Shown: positions 7,673 through 15,835 of the stretch, in pieces | How the letters are laid out: every line of letters begins with the position of its first letter | Numbering within the stretch: the stretch's first letter is position 1 | Position numbers and translations under genes: made by a program | Notes under the pieces: generated by a model | What the model saw: only the letters and a program-made list of their open reading frames with translations | What the model was told of the DNA's origin: nothing | The model's database searches: none | Source: Haloferax volcanii DS2 | Lineage (GTDB): Archaea > Halobacteriota > Halobacteria > Halobacteriales > Haloferacaceae | Reading direction: 5' to 3' | DNA length: 32,000 nt | NCBI RefSeq assembly: GCF_000025685.1 | Contig: NC_013967.1 | Span: forward strand, 840,001 to 872,000

Positions 7673-9742
7673 GTGTGGTGTGTCAGCGTGCCTGAGCGGG
7701 TGGCGGCATCGAGCGAGAGCGTTTGTCCGTACTGCGGCGTCGGCTGCGGCATCCGTTACGACGCCGACCGCGGGAGCGCCGTCGGGTGGAACGGGCCGGT
7801 CAACACGCGGGGCGAACTCTGTCCCAAGGGGGCCGCGGCGTGGGACGTGGTTGACCACGACGAGCGCCTGACCACCCCGCTGGTGCGAGTGAACGGCCGG
7901 CTCGTCGAGGCGACGTGGGACGAGGCGTTCGACCGCATCGAACGCGAGTTCTCCCGCGTCGCCGCGGACCACGGCCCCGACTCGACGTTTTTCTTCTCGT
8001 CGTCGAACTGCACGAACGAGGAGAACTACCTGCTCCAGAAGACGGCGCGGGCGCTCGGGACGAACAACGTCGACAACTGCGCGCGGCTCTGTCACGCCTC
8101 GACGGTGGCGGCGATGGGCGACCGCTTCGGCGCGGGGGCGATAACGAACTCGCTTTCGGACCTCGGCGAGGCCGACGTGTTCCTCGTGACCGGCGCGAAC
8201 CCCGCCGAACAGCACCCGGTCATCTTCCGTTCGTACCTGCTGCCGGCGCTCAAGTCGGGGACGACGATGATTCACGTCGACCCCCGCGAGAACCAGACGA
8301 CGAAGGCGGCGGACATCCACCTCCCGGTGAAGCCGGGGTTCGACATCCCGCTTCTCAACGCGATGGCCGCCGTCGTCGTCGAGGAGGGACTGGTCGACGA
8401 GGCGTTCGTCGCCGAGCGCACCACGGGGTTCGAGACGCTCCGCGAACACCTCTCGGGCCTCGATATCGACGCTGAGGCCGAGCGCGCCGGCGTCGACCCC
8501 GACGACCTCAGAGCCGCCGCGAGCGCCTACGGCGAGGCCGACCGCGCGGCCGTCTTCACCGGGATGGGGATGAGCCAACACCACTGCGGAACCGACAACG
8601 TGCAGGCGCTCATCAACCTCCCGCTTTTGACCGGCAACGTCGGGAAGGCGGGCACCGGCGTCAACCCCCTCCGCGGGCAGAACAACGTGCAGGGCGCGGG
8701 CGACGTGGGTGCGCTCCCGAACGTCCTGCCGGGGTATCGTCCCGTCACCGACGACGACGCCCGCGCCGCCGTCGCCGACGTGTGGGGGTTCGAACCCCCC
8801 AACCACCCGGGGCTCACGGAGGTCGAAGCGACCCACCGCTTCGGCGACGAGGTGCGGGCGGCCTACGTCTTCGGTGAGAACCCCACCGTGACCGAGCCGA
8901 ACGCGAACCGCGTCCGCGAGGCGTTCGAATCCCTCGACTTCTGCGTCGTCCACGACGTGTTCCCGACCGAGACGGTCGAATTCGCGGACGTGGTGCTTCC
9001 GGGGAGCGTCTGGGCCGAGAAGTCGGGGACGGTGACGAACACCGACCGACAGGTCATCCGCATGAACCGGAACGTCGCGCCGCCCGGCGACGCCCGCGCC
9101 GACCTCGACATCCTCCGGGAGTTCGCCGCCCGCGTGGCCGGCCTCGACGCGCCGGCGACCCCCGAGGGTGTCTTCGACGAACTCCGGCGGGTGACGCCCA
9201 TCTACGCCGGGATGTCGTACGACGGCATCGGCACTGGGAGCCAGCGCTGGCCGTTCCCCGAGGGCGCGACCGAGGGGACCGCAATCCTCCACGCCGACGC
9301 GTTCGAATCGGGGTTGAAGACCGCCCCGTTCCGGGTGGTCGAACACGTCGACCCGGCGGACCCCGTCGCCGACGACGAACTCGTCCTCGTGACGGGGCGC
9401 GTCCTCCAACAGTTCAACAGCGGCGCGCTCACCCGACGCTCGGGCGTGCTGATGCGGATGCGCGGCGAGGACAGCTTGCAGATTCACCCCGACGACGCCG
9501 CCGCCCGCGGCATCGACGACGGTGCGACCGTCCGCGTCGAAAACGACCGCGGCGAGGTCGCGGTCGCGGCCGAGGTGACGCCCGCCGTCCGCCGCGGGAC
9601 CGTCTTCGCCACGTTCCACTACGCCGACCCGCTCGTGAACCGGCTGACCGGCGACGCGCTCGACCCGACCGCGAAGATACCGGAGTACAAACACAGCGCC
9701 GTCCGCGTGACGGTCGAACCGGAGGTGGCGGCCGATGACTGA
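7673..9742 (+). CDS. Molybdopterin oxidoreductase, formate dehydrogenase alpha-subunit-like (Cys variant, cytoplasmic)
   Basis: 689 aa. N-terminal 4Fe-4S motif CPYCGVGCG...CPKG. Putative Mo-ligand region NCARLCHAST (Cys-His as in FDH active sites, not the Cys-Met of nitrate reductases). No twin-arginine signal. Start GTG 7673; alternative GTG 7688. Confidence 0.8.
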   Translation: MWCVSVPERVAASSESVCPYCGVGCGIRYDADRGSAVGWNGPVNTRGELCPKGAAAWDVVDHDERLTTPLVRVNGRLVEATWDEAFDRIEREFSRVAADHGPDSTFFFSSSNCTNEENYLLQKTARALGTNNVDNCARLCHASTVAAMGDRFGAGAITNSLSDLGEADVFLVTGANPAEQHPVIFRSYLLPALKSGTTMIHVDPRENQTTKAADIHLPVKPGFDIPLLNAMAAVVVEEGLVDEAFVAERTTGFETLREHLSGLDIDAEAERAGVDPDDLRAAASAYGEADRAAVFTGMGMSQHHCGTDNVQALINLPLLTGNVGKAGTGVNPLRGQNNVQGAGDVGALPNVLPGYRPVTDDDARAAVADVWGFEPPNHPGLTEVEATHRFGDEVRAAYVFGENPTVTEPNANRVREAFESLDFCVVHDVFPTETVEFADVVLPGSVWAEKSGTVTNTDRQVIRMNRNVAPPGDARADLDILREFAARVAGLDAPATPEGVFDELRRVTPIYAGMSYDGIGTGSQRWPFPEGATEGTAILHADAFESGLKTAPFRVVEHVDPADPVADDELVLVTGRVLQQFNSGALTRRSGVLMRMRGEDSLQIHPDDAAARGIDDGATVRVENDRGEVAVAAEVTPAVRRGTVFATFHYADPLVNRLTGDALDPTAKIPEYKHSAVRVTVEPEVAADD

Positions 9743-10499
9743 CTCGTCGGCGTCGCCCGCGCCGAGTGCCTCGCCTCCGACGCTCGCCGACGCCCTCGGT
9801 ATCGGCCCGGACGACCTCGTCTGCGCCGTCGGCGCGGGCGGCAAGAAATCGCTTCTCTACCGACTCGCCCGCGACCTCGACGGCGTGGTCACGAGTACCG
9901 TCCGCATCCCAACCTTCGACGGCGAGGTGGCCGAGGTGGTCGTCACCGACGACCCGGAGACCGCCGTCGCGGAGACGCAACCCCGCCCGCTCGGCGTCGT
10001 GCCGGAGCGCGAGCGCTCCGACCGCTACCGCGGCTACGACCCGGCGACGGTCGACCGAATCGCGCGCGCCACCGACGACGTGGTGCTCGTCAAGGCCGAC
10101 GGCGCGCGCTCGCGCTGGCTGAAAGCCCCCGGCGAGGACGAACCGCAACTCCCCGACACGGCCGACCTCGTCTGTCCGGTCGCCAGCGTCCGGGTCGTCG
10201 GCGAGCCGCTTTCCGACGAGCGCGTTCACCGACCCGAACTCGTCTCCGACGTGTCGGGGACGGCCGTCGGCGACGCGATATCCGAGTGGGACGTGGCCGC
10301 CGTGCTGTCGAACGACTGCGGCGGGATGAAAGGCGTGCCCGAGACGGCGCGGGTCGTCCCGGTCCTCAACATGGTCGACGACGAGCGACTGGCCGAGACG
10401 GCCGCGGAAATCGCCGGCTGGCTCGGTGAGCACCCCCGCGTCGACCGCGTGGTTGCGACCTCGCTCGCGGCCGATGAGCCGGTCGTCGGGTTCTACTGA
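9735..10499 (+). CDS. yqeC: YqeC-family protein (putative selenium-dependent hydroxylase / molybdoenzyme maturation accessory protein)
   Basis: 254 aa. P-loop-like AVGAGGKKS. VVLVKADGARSRWLKAPGEDEPQLP matches the hallmark xADGA...KAP...EP block of YqeC (TIGR03172-type) as I recall it. ATG 9735 overlaps the fdh-like stop by 8 nt. Confidence 0.7.
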   Translation: MTDSSASPAPSASPPTLADALGIGPDDLVCAVGAGGKKSLLYRLARDLDGVVTSTVRIPTFDGEVAEVVVTDDPETAVAETQPRPLGVVPERERSDRYRGYDPATVDRIARATDDVVLVKADGARSRWLKAPGEDEPQLPDTADLVCPVASVRVVGEPLSDERVHRPELVSDVSGTAVGDAISEWDVAAVLSNDCGGMKGVPETARVVPVLNMVDDERLAETAAEIAGWLGEHPRVDRVVATSLAADEPVVGFY

Positions 10500-10536
10500 C
10501 CCGCCACGACGCCACGAGACGACACCCGCGAAGCGA

Positions 10537-10977
10537 CTATCTGGCGGTTTCGCGGCCCGTCAGTTCGTCGAGTTCGAGTTCGACGAGGTGGAATTCGAGG
10601 TCGTCGACCTCCTCGTCGAACACGCGGACGCCGCCGAACAGGTCGTTAATCGTCGCCGCGTCGGGGCGCTCGTCGTCCGGGAGGACGCGAATCGACCCGC
10701 GGGCCATGATGCTCCACGAGTCTTTGCCGGCGTCCTCGTAGCAGACGAACGTCGCCTCCTCCGTCTCCTCGATGAACGCGAACTTCTCGCTTTCGCCGTC
10801 GTCGGTCAGTCGGAACAGGAGTCGACCGCCGTCGGCGTCGTAGGAGACGTGCGCGGGAATCGCATACGAGCGGCCGCCGTCGGCCAGCGACAGCACGCCC
10901 GACGAGGCGTTCGACAGGCGTTCAGCGACCGTTTCGGGGTCGGTGCCGACGGTGTAGACGAATCTGATATCTCGCAT
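10537..10977 (-). CDS. Pyridoxamine 5'-phosphate oxidase-like FMN-binding family protein
   Basis: Start moved to ATG 10977 (MRDIRFVYTVG...); the tracked GTG 11001 adds a basic extension. Split-barrel-like pattern GVLSLADGGRSYAIPAHVSYD...LLFRL...ARGSIRVL. Confidence 0.65.
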   Translation of the reverse strand: MRDIRFVYTVGTDPETVAERLSNASSGVLSLADGGRSYAIPAHVSYDADGGRLLFRLTDDGESEKFAFIEETEEATFVCYEDAGKDSWSIMARGSIRVLPDDERPDAATINDLFGGVRVFDEEVDDLEFHLVELELDELTGRETAR

Positions 10978-11050
10978 ACGTGACGTTCGCGGCCGCGACA
11001 CATGAAACGGTGGTGCGACGGCGGCGGGGTCCCGGGCGTCGGGGCGACGC

Positions 11051-11527
11051 TCAGGGAAGGTAGAAGTGCGATTTGGGAAACCGCCGGTGAATCTCCGGGG
11101 GCGCGTGGCGGACGATATGCACGTCGTGGTCGTCGTCGCTCGCGACGTTCCCGCCGACGCTGACGAGCGGGACGACGACGCGACCCGCGTTCTCGCTGCC
11201 GACGAAGATGACGGTCGCGTCCGTCTCGACGCGACCCGTCCTGAGCTCCGCGACGATGTTCCCGGGCGCGGGGTCCCGACCGACCGTGACCGCCTGAAAC
11301 GACGCCGACGGCGCGATATCGACCGCGGTCTCGTGGAGCTCTCCGACGACCGTCTGCTGGTCGAACACCTCCCGCGACGGGACCCACCCCGCCTCGACGG
11401 CGTACGCCGAATCGTCGGGGATGACGGCGACCGCGAGCACGTCGTGGCCGGTGGCCGACGCGAACTGCGCGGCCCTGTCGAGCGCGGCGTTCGCCAGCCG
11501 AGAGCCGTCGTAGGCGACGAGGTACAT
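11051..11527 (-). CDS. Universal stress protein-like (divergent UspA family)
   Basis: 158 aa with ATG start. MYLVAYDGS N-terminus and a FVGSENAGRVVVPLVSVGGNVA nucleotide-binding-like motif. ATTTAT box (11553-11558, minus strand) about 28 nt upstream of the start. Confidence 0.65.
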   Translation of the reverse strand: MYLVAYDGSRLANAALDRAAQFASATGHDVLAVAVIPDDSAYAVEAGWVPSREVFDQQTVVGELHETAVDIAPSASFQAVTVGRDPAPGNIVAELRTGRVETDATVIFVGSENAGRVVVPLVSVGGNVASDDDHDVHIVRHAPPEIHRRFPKSHFYLP

Positions 11528-11557
11528 GTATGCCGGTCGCGTAGCGACCGTGATAAA

Positions 11558-11878
11558 TCAGTCGTCGGCTACCGATTCGATTCGCTCGCCCGACGACGCG
11601 AGCCGGTCGAGGGCGTCCTGTGCGGCGTCGCTCACGGCGTCCACGTCGCGGTAGGAGTCACCGAGGCCGACCTCGCGGCGGTGCCACTCCCCGTCAGCGA
11701 AGGCGAAGATGTCGACCCACCAGTAGAGCGTCAGCCCGCGCGCGAACTCGGTGATGGTGACGCGCCGGTCCGAGTCGGGCGACTCGTAGACGGTCTTAGC
11801 GCTCGCCTCGTCGGTGTCCACGTCGGTCTCGACGGTCCACCCCTCCGGAACGGCGAGCGAGAAGGGGTCGTCTGTCAT
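11558..11878 (-). CDS. Hypothetical small acidic protein (106 aa)
   Basis: ORF track. ATG start, GC3-rich codons, acidic composition. No motif recognised. Confidence 0.55.
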   Translation of the reverse strand: MTDDPFSLAVPEGWTVETDVDTDEASAKTVYESPDSDRRVTITEFARGLTLYWWVDIFAFADGEWHRREVGLGDSYRDVDAVSDAAQDALDRLASSGERIESVADD

Positions 11879-11944
11879 TATCGTTCCCGACGAGACGGAG
11901 CGACTTGACTGGTCCGCTTTCGGCGAGCGTCTCGGGAAGGCGAC

Positions 11945-14425
11945 TCAGTCGAGCGACCGCGCCGAGTTGGCGACGACGAGCAGGCTCGACGTGCCCATGG
12001 CGACGGCGGCGAAAAGCGGGTTGAGCACGCCGAAGGCGGCCAACGGGATGGCGACCGCGTTGTAGCCGAACGCCCACGCAAGGTTGCCGCGGATGCGGCG
12101 GTTCACCCCGGTCGAAAGCGAGAACACCTCGGGTATCGCGTCGATGTCGCGGCCGACGAGCACCGCGTCGGCGGCGTCGCCCGCGATGTCCGTCCCCGTG
12201 CCGAGCGCGATGCCGATGTCGGCGGCGGCGAGCGCGGGCGCGTCGTTGCTCCCGTCACCGACCATCGCCACGGTCCCCCGGGCGCGGAGGCGTTCGACCG
12301 TCTCGGCTTTCGCCTCCGGCGGCACGCCCGCGAACACGTCCGTCACGTCCGGGTGGTCGCGGAACCGGCGCGCGGCGCGCTCGGAGTCGCCCGTGAGGAC
12401 CACGACCTCGCGGCGGCCGTCGTCAGCGACAGCCGCGACCACGTCGTCCCACGCCTCGCGCGGTTCGTCGCCGACGACGAGCACCGCCCGAGAGCGCCCG
12501 TCCCACCCGACGACGACGGGAACCGCGCCCTCGTCGCGGGCGGCTTCGACGGCGGCCTCGTGGGCCGGAGCGAGCGTTACGCCCTCGTCGCGGAGGAGCG
12601 AGGGATGACCGACGACGACGCGCCCGCGTCCTCTGTCGACCTCTCCGGAGACGCCGCGGTCGTGGACGGTCACGTCGTCGGCCGCAACGTCGGGAATCGA
12701 CGCATCCGCCCCCGCCGCCTCGATTCGGTCTTCGGCCGCCTCCACGACGGCGGTCGCGAGCGGGTGCGCCGAGAACCGTTCGAGCGCGGCGGCCGCGGCG
12801 AGCGCGGCGTTCTCGCCGTCGCCCCCACTGTTCTCGCCGTCACCGACGACCCGGGGGACCGCCATGTCGCCGTCGGTGAGCGTCCCGGTCTTGTCGAAGA
12901 CGACCACGTCAACGTCGGGGACGGCTTCGAAGACGGCTTCGGAGGCGACGACGATACCCCGGCCCGCGGCCTCCTTGATGCCCGAGGCGACCGCCAACGG
13001 CGTGGCGAGGCCGAGGGCGCACGGGCACGAGACGATGAGGACCGTGAGGCCGACGAGGAGCGCGTCGGTCGGCGTGCCGCCGCCGAGGAGGGTCCAGCCG
13101 AAGGCGACGGCGGCGAGGACGAGCACCGTCGGGACGAAGATGGTCGCCAGTTTGTCGGCGAGGCGCTGGACGCCCGTGCGGGCGCTCTGGATGTCCCAGA
13201 GCAGTTCGACCAGTCGGTCGAGCGTGCTCGTCGCGTCCTCGCCGACCGCGACGACGAGCGGGCGGTCGGTGACGACGGTGCCGCCGAGCACGTCGTCGCC
13301 GGGTCGCTTCGTCCGCGGCATCGACTCGCCGGTGACGAGCGCCTCGTCGACTGCTGCGGTCCCCTCGCGGACCGTCCCATCGACCGGGACGCGCTCGCCC
13401 GGCCGGACCTCCACGAGGTCGCCCGATTCGAGCGCGTCGAGCGCGACCATCTCGACGGCGGTGTCGCCGGAGCCGTCGGCGTCGCCTTCGACTCGCCGGC
13501 GCGCTTCCGAGACGCGCGAGGCCGCGAGGTCCGAGAGCATCCCGGCGGCCTTCCGCTTGATGCGGTCCTCGTAGTAGTTGCCGAGAGTGACGACGAGGAT
13601 GATGGCGACGGTCACGTCGAAGTAGACGTGCGTCTCGCCGGCGAGGACGGCCGCCGTCGAGTAGACGTAGGCGCTCGTCGCCGCCAGCGAGACGAGCAGG
13701 TCCATGTTCGGCTGGCCGGCGCGGAGGCTGACGAGCGCCCCGCGAAGGATGGGAAAGCCGGTGTAGAACAGGACGATGGAGGTCATCACCCAGATGTTGC
13801 CGAGGATGTAGACCCCGTCGAACACGCCGAGTTCGACCACCGGCTGGAAGCCGACGTAGGTCGGGTACAGAAACAGGACGTACCACAGCATCACCATCAT
13901 GCCGAAGACGCCGCCGCCGATGACGAACCGGGCGACCTGATTGTCCGACCGCTCGGCCGCCTCGCGCTCCTCGGGGTCGCGCGTGCCGTAGCCGTAGCGC
14001 GCGAGCGTCCCCGACAGCCCGTCCAAGTCGGCGGTTTCGGGGTCGTAGGTGACGCGAACCATGTCGTTGGCGTAGCTGGCTTCCGCGGCGTAGACGCCCT
14101 CGCAGGTCCGAGCGGTGCCCGAGACGAACGCCTCGCAGGTGGCGCAGTGCATCCCGTCGACGGCCATGTAGGTCCGCTCGGCGTCGTCGGGCACTTCGTC
14201 TGTCTCGCCCGCGAGTTCGCGTTCGACCGTCTCGGGGTTGGCGCTCGCGGCGTCGCCGAGCGCGCGGGTGATTTCGAGACAGCCGCGACAGCAGAACTCG
14301 CCGTCCACCTCGTCGCCGGTGACGGGCGGCGTCGGCGTCGGCAGGCCGCAGAGGTCACAGCCCTCGCCGTCGTCGCCGTCGCTCTTGCCGCCGGCCGACC
14401 CGCGGGATCGCGTCGAAGTCGACAT
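11945..14425 (-). CDS. Heavy-metal (Cu+) translocating P1B-type ATPase with CcoI/FixI-type N-terminal metal-binding domain
   Basis: Start moved to ATG 14425 (MSTSTRS...); the upstream part of the tracked ORF overlaps the preceding gene and is Arg/Pro-rich. Motifs: CDLCGLP...FCCRGCLE, HMA domain GMHCATCE, TM6 SCPCALG, DKTGTLT, SAHPLA, GDGSNDAPAL. Confidence 0.9.
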   Translation of the reverse strand: MSTSTRSRGSAGGKSDGDDGEGCDLCGLPTPTPPVTGDEVDGEFCCRGCLEITRALGDAASANPETVERELAGETDEVPDDAERTYMAVDGMHCATCEAFVSGTARTCEGVYAAEASYANDMVRVTYDPETADLDGLSGTLARYGYGTRDPEEREAAERSDNQVARFVIGGGVFGMMVMLWYVLFLYPTYVGFQPVVELGVFDGVYILGNIWVMTSIVLFYTGFPILRGALVSLRAGQPNMDLLVSLAATSAYVYSTAAVLAGETHVYFDVTVAIILVVTLGNYYEDRIKRKAAGMLSDLAASRVSEARRRVEGDADGSGDTAVEMVALDALESGDLVEVRPGERVPVDGTVREGTAAVDEALVTGESMPRTKRPGDDVLGGTVVTDRPLVVAVGEDATSTLDRLVELLWDIQSARTGVQRLADKLATIFVPTVLVLAAVAFGWTLLGGGTPTDALLVGLTVLIVSCPCALGLATPLAVASGIKEAAGRGIVVASEAVFEAVPDVDVVVFDKTGTLTDGDMAVPRVVGDGENSGGDGENAALAAAAALERFSAHPLATAVVEAAEDRIEAAGADASIPDVAADDVTVHDRGVSGEVDRGRGRVVVGHPSLLRDEGVTLAPAHEAAVEAARDEGAVPVVVGWDGRSRAVLVVGDEPREAWDDVVAAVADDGRREVVVLTGDSERAARRFRDHPDVTDVFAGVPPEAKAETVERLRARGTVAMVGDGSNDAPALAAADIGIALGTGTDIAGDAADAVLVGRDIDAIPEVFSLSTGVNRRIRGNLAWAFGYNAVAIPLAAFGVLNPLFAAVAMGTSSLLVVANSARSLD

Positions 14426-14427
14426 CG

Positions 14428-15222
14428 TCACAACGGTTGGTAGAAGGGCACGTGAAGGTGCGGGACCGACACGCCCAGAAGCATCAGCCCGTGGGACAGC
14501 GGGATGTAGCCGAGGACGAGGAACGCCGCCCCGAGCGCCCGGTGGAGCGTCGCCCGCCGGCGCGCCGAGACGCGGCCCAGAAGCGTCCCGTAGAGGAACA
14601 GCGTCGGTATCGTCCCGAGGCCGAGCAGGCCGAGCAGGGCGGCGGCCCGAAGCGGTTCGCCTGTCGAGAAGGCGTAGAGGTACGCCGGGTAGATGATGGG
14701 ACACGGGAGCAGGCCGTGAATCGCCCCGAGGCCGAGGATTCGCGGGCCGCCGACGAGCCTATCGACCCGCGCGGTCGCCCACCCGCTGACGCGACCGAAC
14801 AGGCTCGTCACCGCGGTCGGGGTGAACCGGTCGATGGCGGCCGACTGCCCGACGAGGTAGCCGACGCCGGTGAGGATGATCGCGCCCCCGACGAGCAGGC
14901 CGGTCGTCGCGCGGACGCCGCTCCCGATGGCGGTCACCGAGTCGAACGCGTCGAAGAACAGCCCGCCGACGAGGGCGAAGACGGCACCGATGGCCGCGTA
15001 ACTCAGCGCCCGGCCGACGTTGAACAGGGCGTGTTGGCGGACCTGCCGGAGTGTGAGCGACCGGCTATCGACGCCTTCGCGGTCGGCGAGGCGGTCGGCG
15101 TACACGCTGACGAGCGGGCCACACATCCCGAGACAGTGCGCCCCGCCGAAGAGGCCGACGAGGAGGAATGCGACGGCCTCGGGGGTTGCGGCCGGCAGTC
15201 CGAGCGAGATGCCGCCGTCCAT
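14428..15222 (-). CDS. DsbD_2 / UreH-like (TauE/SafE-annotated) transmembrane protein with Cys metal-handling motifs
   Basis: 264 aa, polytopic. GGAHCLGMCGP in TM1 and HGLLPCPIIY later, the signature of the DsbD_2 (PF13386-type) family. Its stop is 2 nt from the ATPase start. Confidence 0.75.
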   Translation of the reverse strand: MDGGISLGLPAATPEAVAFLLVGLFGGAHCLGMCGPLVSVYADRLADREGVDSRSLTLRQVRQHALFNVGRALSYAAIGAVFALVGGLFFDAFDSVTAIGSGVRATTGLLVGGAIILTGVGYLVGQSAAIDRFTPTAVTSLFGRVSGWATARVDRLVGGPRILGLGAIHGLLPCPIIYPAYLYAFSTGEPLRAAALLGLLGLGTIPTLFLYGTLLGRVSARRRATLHRALGAAFLVLGYIPLSHGLMLLGVSVPHLHVPFYQPL

Positions 15223-15223
15223 C

Positions 15224-15442
15224 TCAGGCGGCGTGTTCGGCGTCGGTCTCGGGGTCGGCGTCGCCGTCGTGTCCGTGTCCGCCCTCGGTCGGACTCATGA
15301 GGAGGTAGATGGTTGTCGAGATGAGAAGCACGTTGACGGCCGTGACGACGCCCGCGAGGGGGTTTTTCGTCACGCCGAAGATGACCGCTGGCAGGAGCGC
15401 GAGCAGTGCGACGGTTCCGGCGCGTCGTGGCGTGAGTTCCAT
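15224..15442 (-). CDS. Small 2-TM membrane protein with His/Asp-rich C-terminal tail (first gene of the copper operon)
   Basis: 72 aa with ATG start (CAT 15440-15442). Tail TEGGHGHDGDADPETDAEHAA. The stop TGA 15224-15226 is 1 nt from the next start at 15222. Confidence 0.6.
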   Translation of the reverse strand: MELTPRRAGTVALLALLPAVIFGVTKNPLAGVVTAVNVLLISTTIYLLMSPTEGGHGHDGDADPETDAEHAA

Positions 15443-15478
15443 ACCGGTCCATTCGCGACCACGGTGTTTCTGATTTCG

Positions 15479-15503
15479 CCCATTCCCACCGCGTTGGAAT
15501 GGG
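15479..15503. promoter_or_regulatory. Inverted repeat CCCATTCC-N9-GGAATGGG in the divergent copper-operon / cba promoter region
   Basis: 8-bp perfect arms (15479-15486 / 15496-15503), just upstream of the cba TATA box. Candidate transcription-factor site. Confidence 0.4.
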
Positions 15504-15511
15504 GAGTTGCG

Positions 15512-15517
15512 TTAAAG
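15512..15517 (+). promoter_or_regulatory. TATA box (TTAAAG) for the cbaD-cbaB-cbaA-cbaE operon
   Basis: Centre about 27-28 nt upstream of ATG 15542, implying a leaderless or very short-leader transcript. Confidence 0.45.
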
Positions 15518-15541
15518 TCCCGTTATTCCTCATGACCGAGT

Positions 15542-15835
15542 ATGGCCGTTGATTCGACAGCAGAGGGAGCCGCGTCCTCTGCCGCGCGCACTTCCACCGA
15601 CGGAGGCGTGCCAGCAAACGCGGATTCCCAAGGTGATTCCGGGCAGGCAGACCCCCCGGTCGACTCCATCGTCGGGACGGCCGACGACGGCATCGTTCGC
15701 GAACTCGGACACGACGATTTCGACCCGGTCGGGACGCTCGTGCTCGTCCTCATCTACATGGCGATTCTCATCGGCATGTGGGTGTTCATGTACTTCGTCG
15801 AGTTCCTCGGACGGGGCCTCACGGTGGTGGGATAG
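15542..15835 (+). CDS. cbaD: ba3-type cytochrome oxidase small subunit (CbaD, subunit IIa-like)
   Basis: 97 aa. Acidic N-terminal region and a single TM, GTLVLVLIYMAILIGMWVFMYFVEFLGRG, resembling Thermus ba3 subunit IIa. The stop TAG directly abuts the cbaB ATG 15836. Confidence 0.65.
   Translation: MAVDSTAEGAASSAARTSTDGGVPANADSQGDSGQADPPVDSIVGTADDGIVRELGHDDFDPVGTLVLVLIYMAILIGMWVFMYFVEFLGRGLTVVG

Noticed and set aside
4905-7871. 988-aa plus-strand ORF, the longest in the track
   Set aside because: It is antisense to the P2-type ATPase, which carries all canonical P-type motifs. The composition is R/E/D/G-rich low complexity, an artefact of GC3 bias that suppresses stop codons on the opposite strand.
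7667-9844. 725-aa minus-strand ORF
   Set aside because: It is antisense to the formate-dehydrogenase-like gene (Fe-S and Mo-ligand motifs lie on the plus strand). Arg/Gly/Val-rich shadow frame.
12353-14443. 696-aa plus-strand ORF, plus several 150-325-aa ORFs in other frames (12084-12608, 12670-13380, 12864-13574, 12909-13886, 13897-14358)
   Set aside because: All overlap the Cu-ATPase gene, whose frame carries the HMA, CPC, DKTGT and GDGxNDxP motifs. The alternatives are Arg/Pro/Ser/Thr-rich out-of-frame or antisense readings.
14426-14704. N-terminal extensions of tracked ORFs: 11945-14704; also 22560-24668, 21842-22744, 25710-26873, 3545-4060, 3635-4780, 27587-29185, 19814-20539, 30617-31132
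   Set aside because: The extensions overlap neighbouring genes or run antisense to them. They are basic and Pro-rich, unlike the rest of each protein. Internal ATG/GTG starts coincide with the family N-termini and with TATA boxes about 27 nt upstream.
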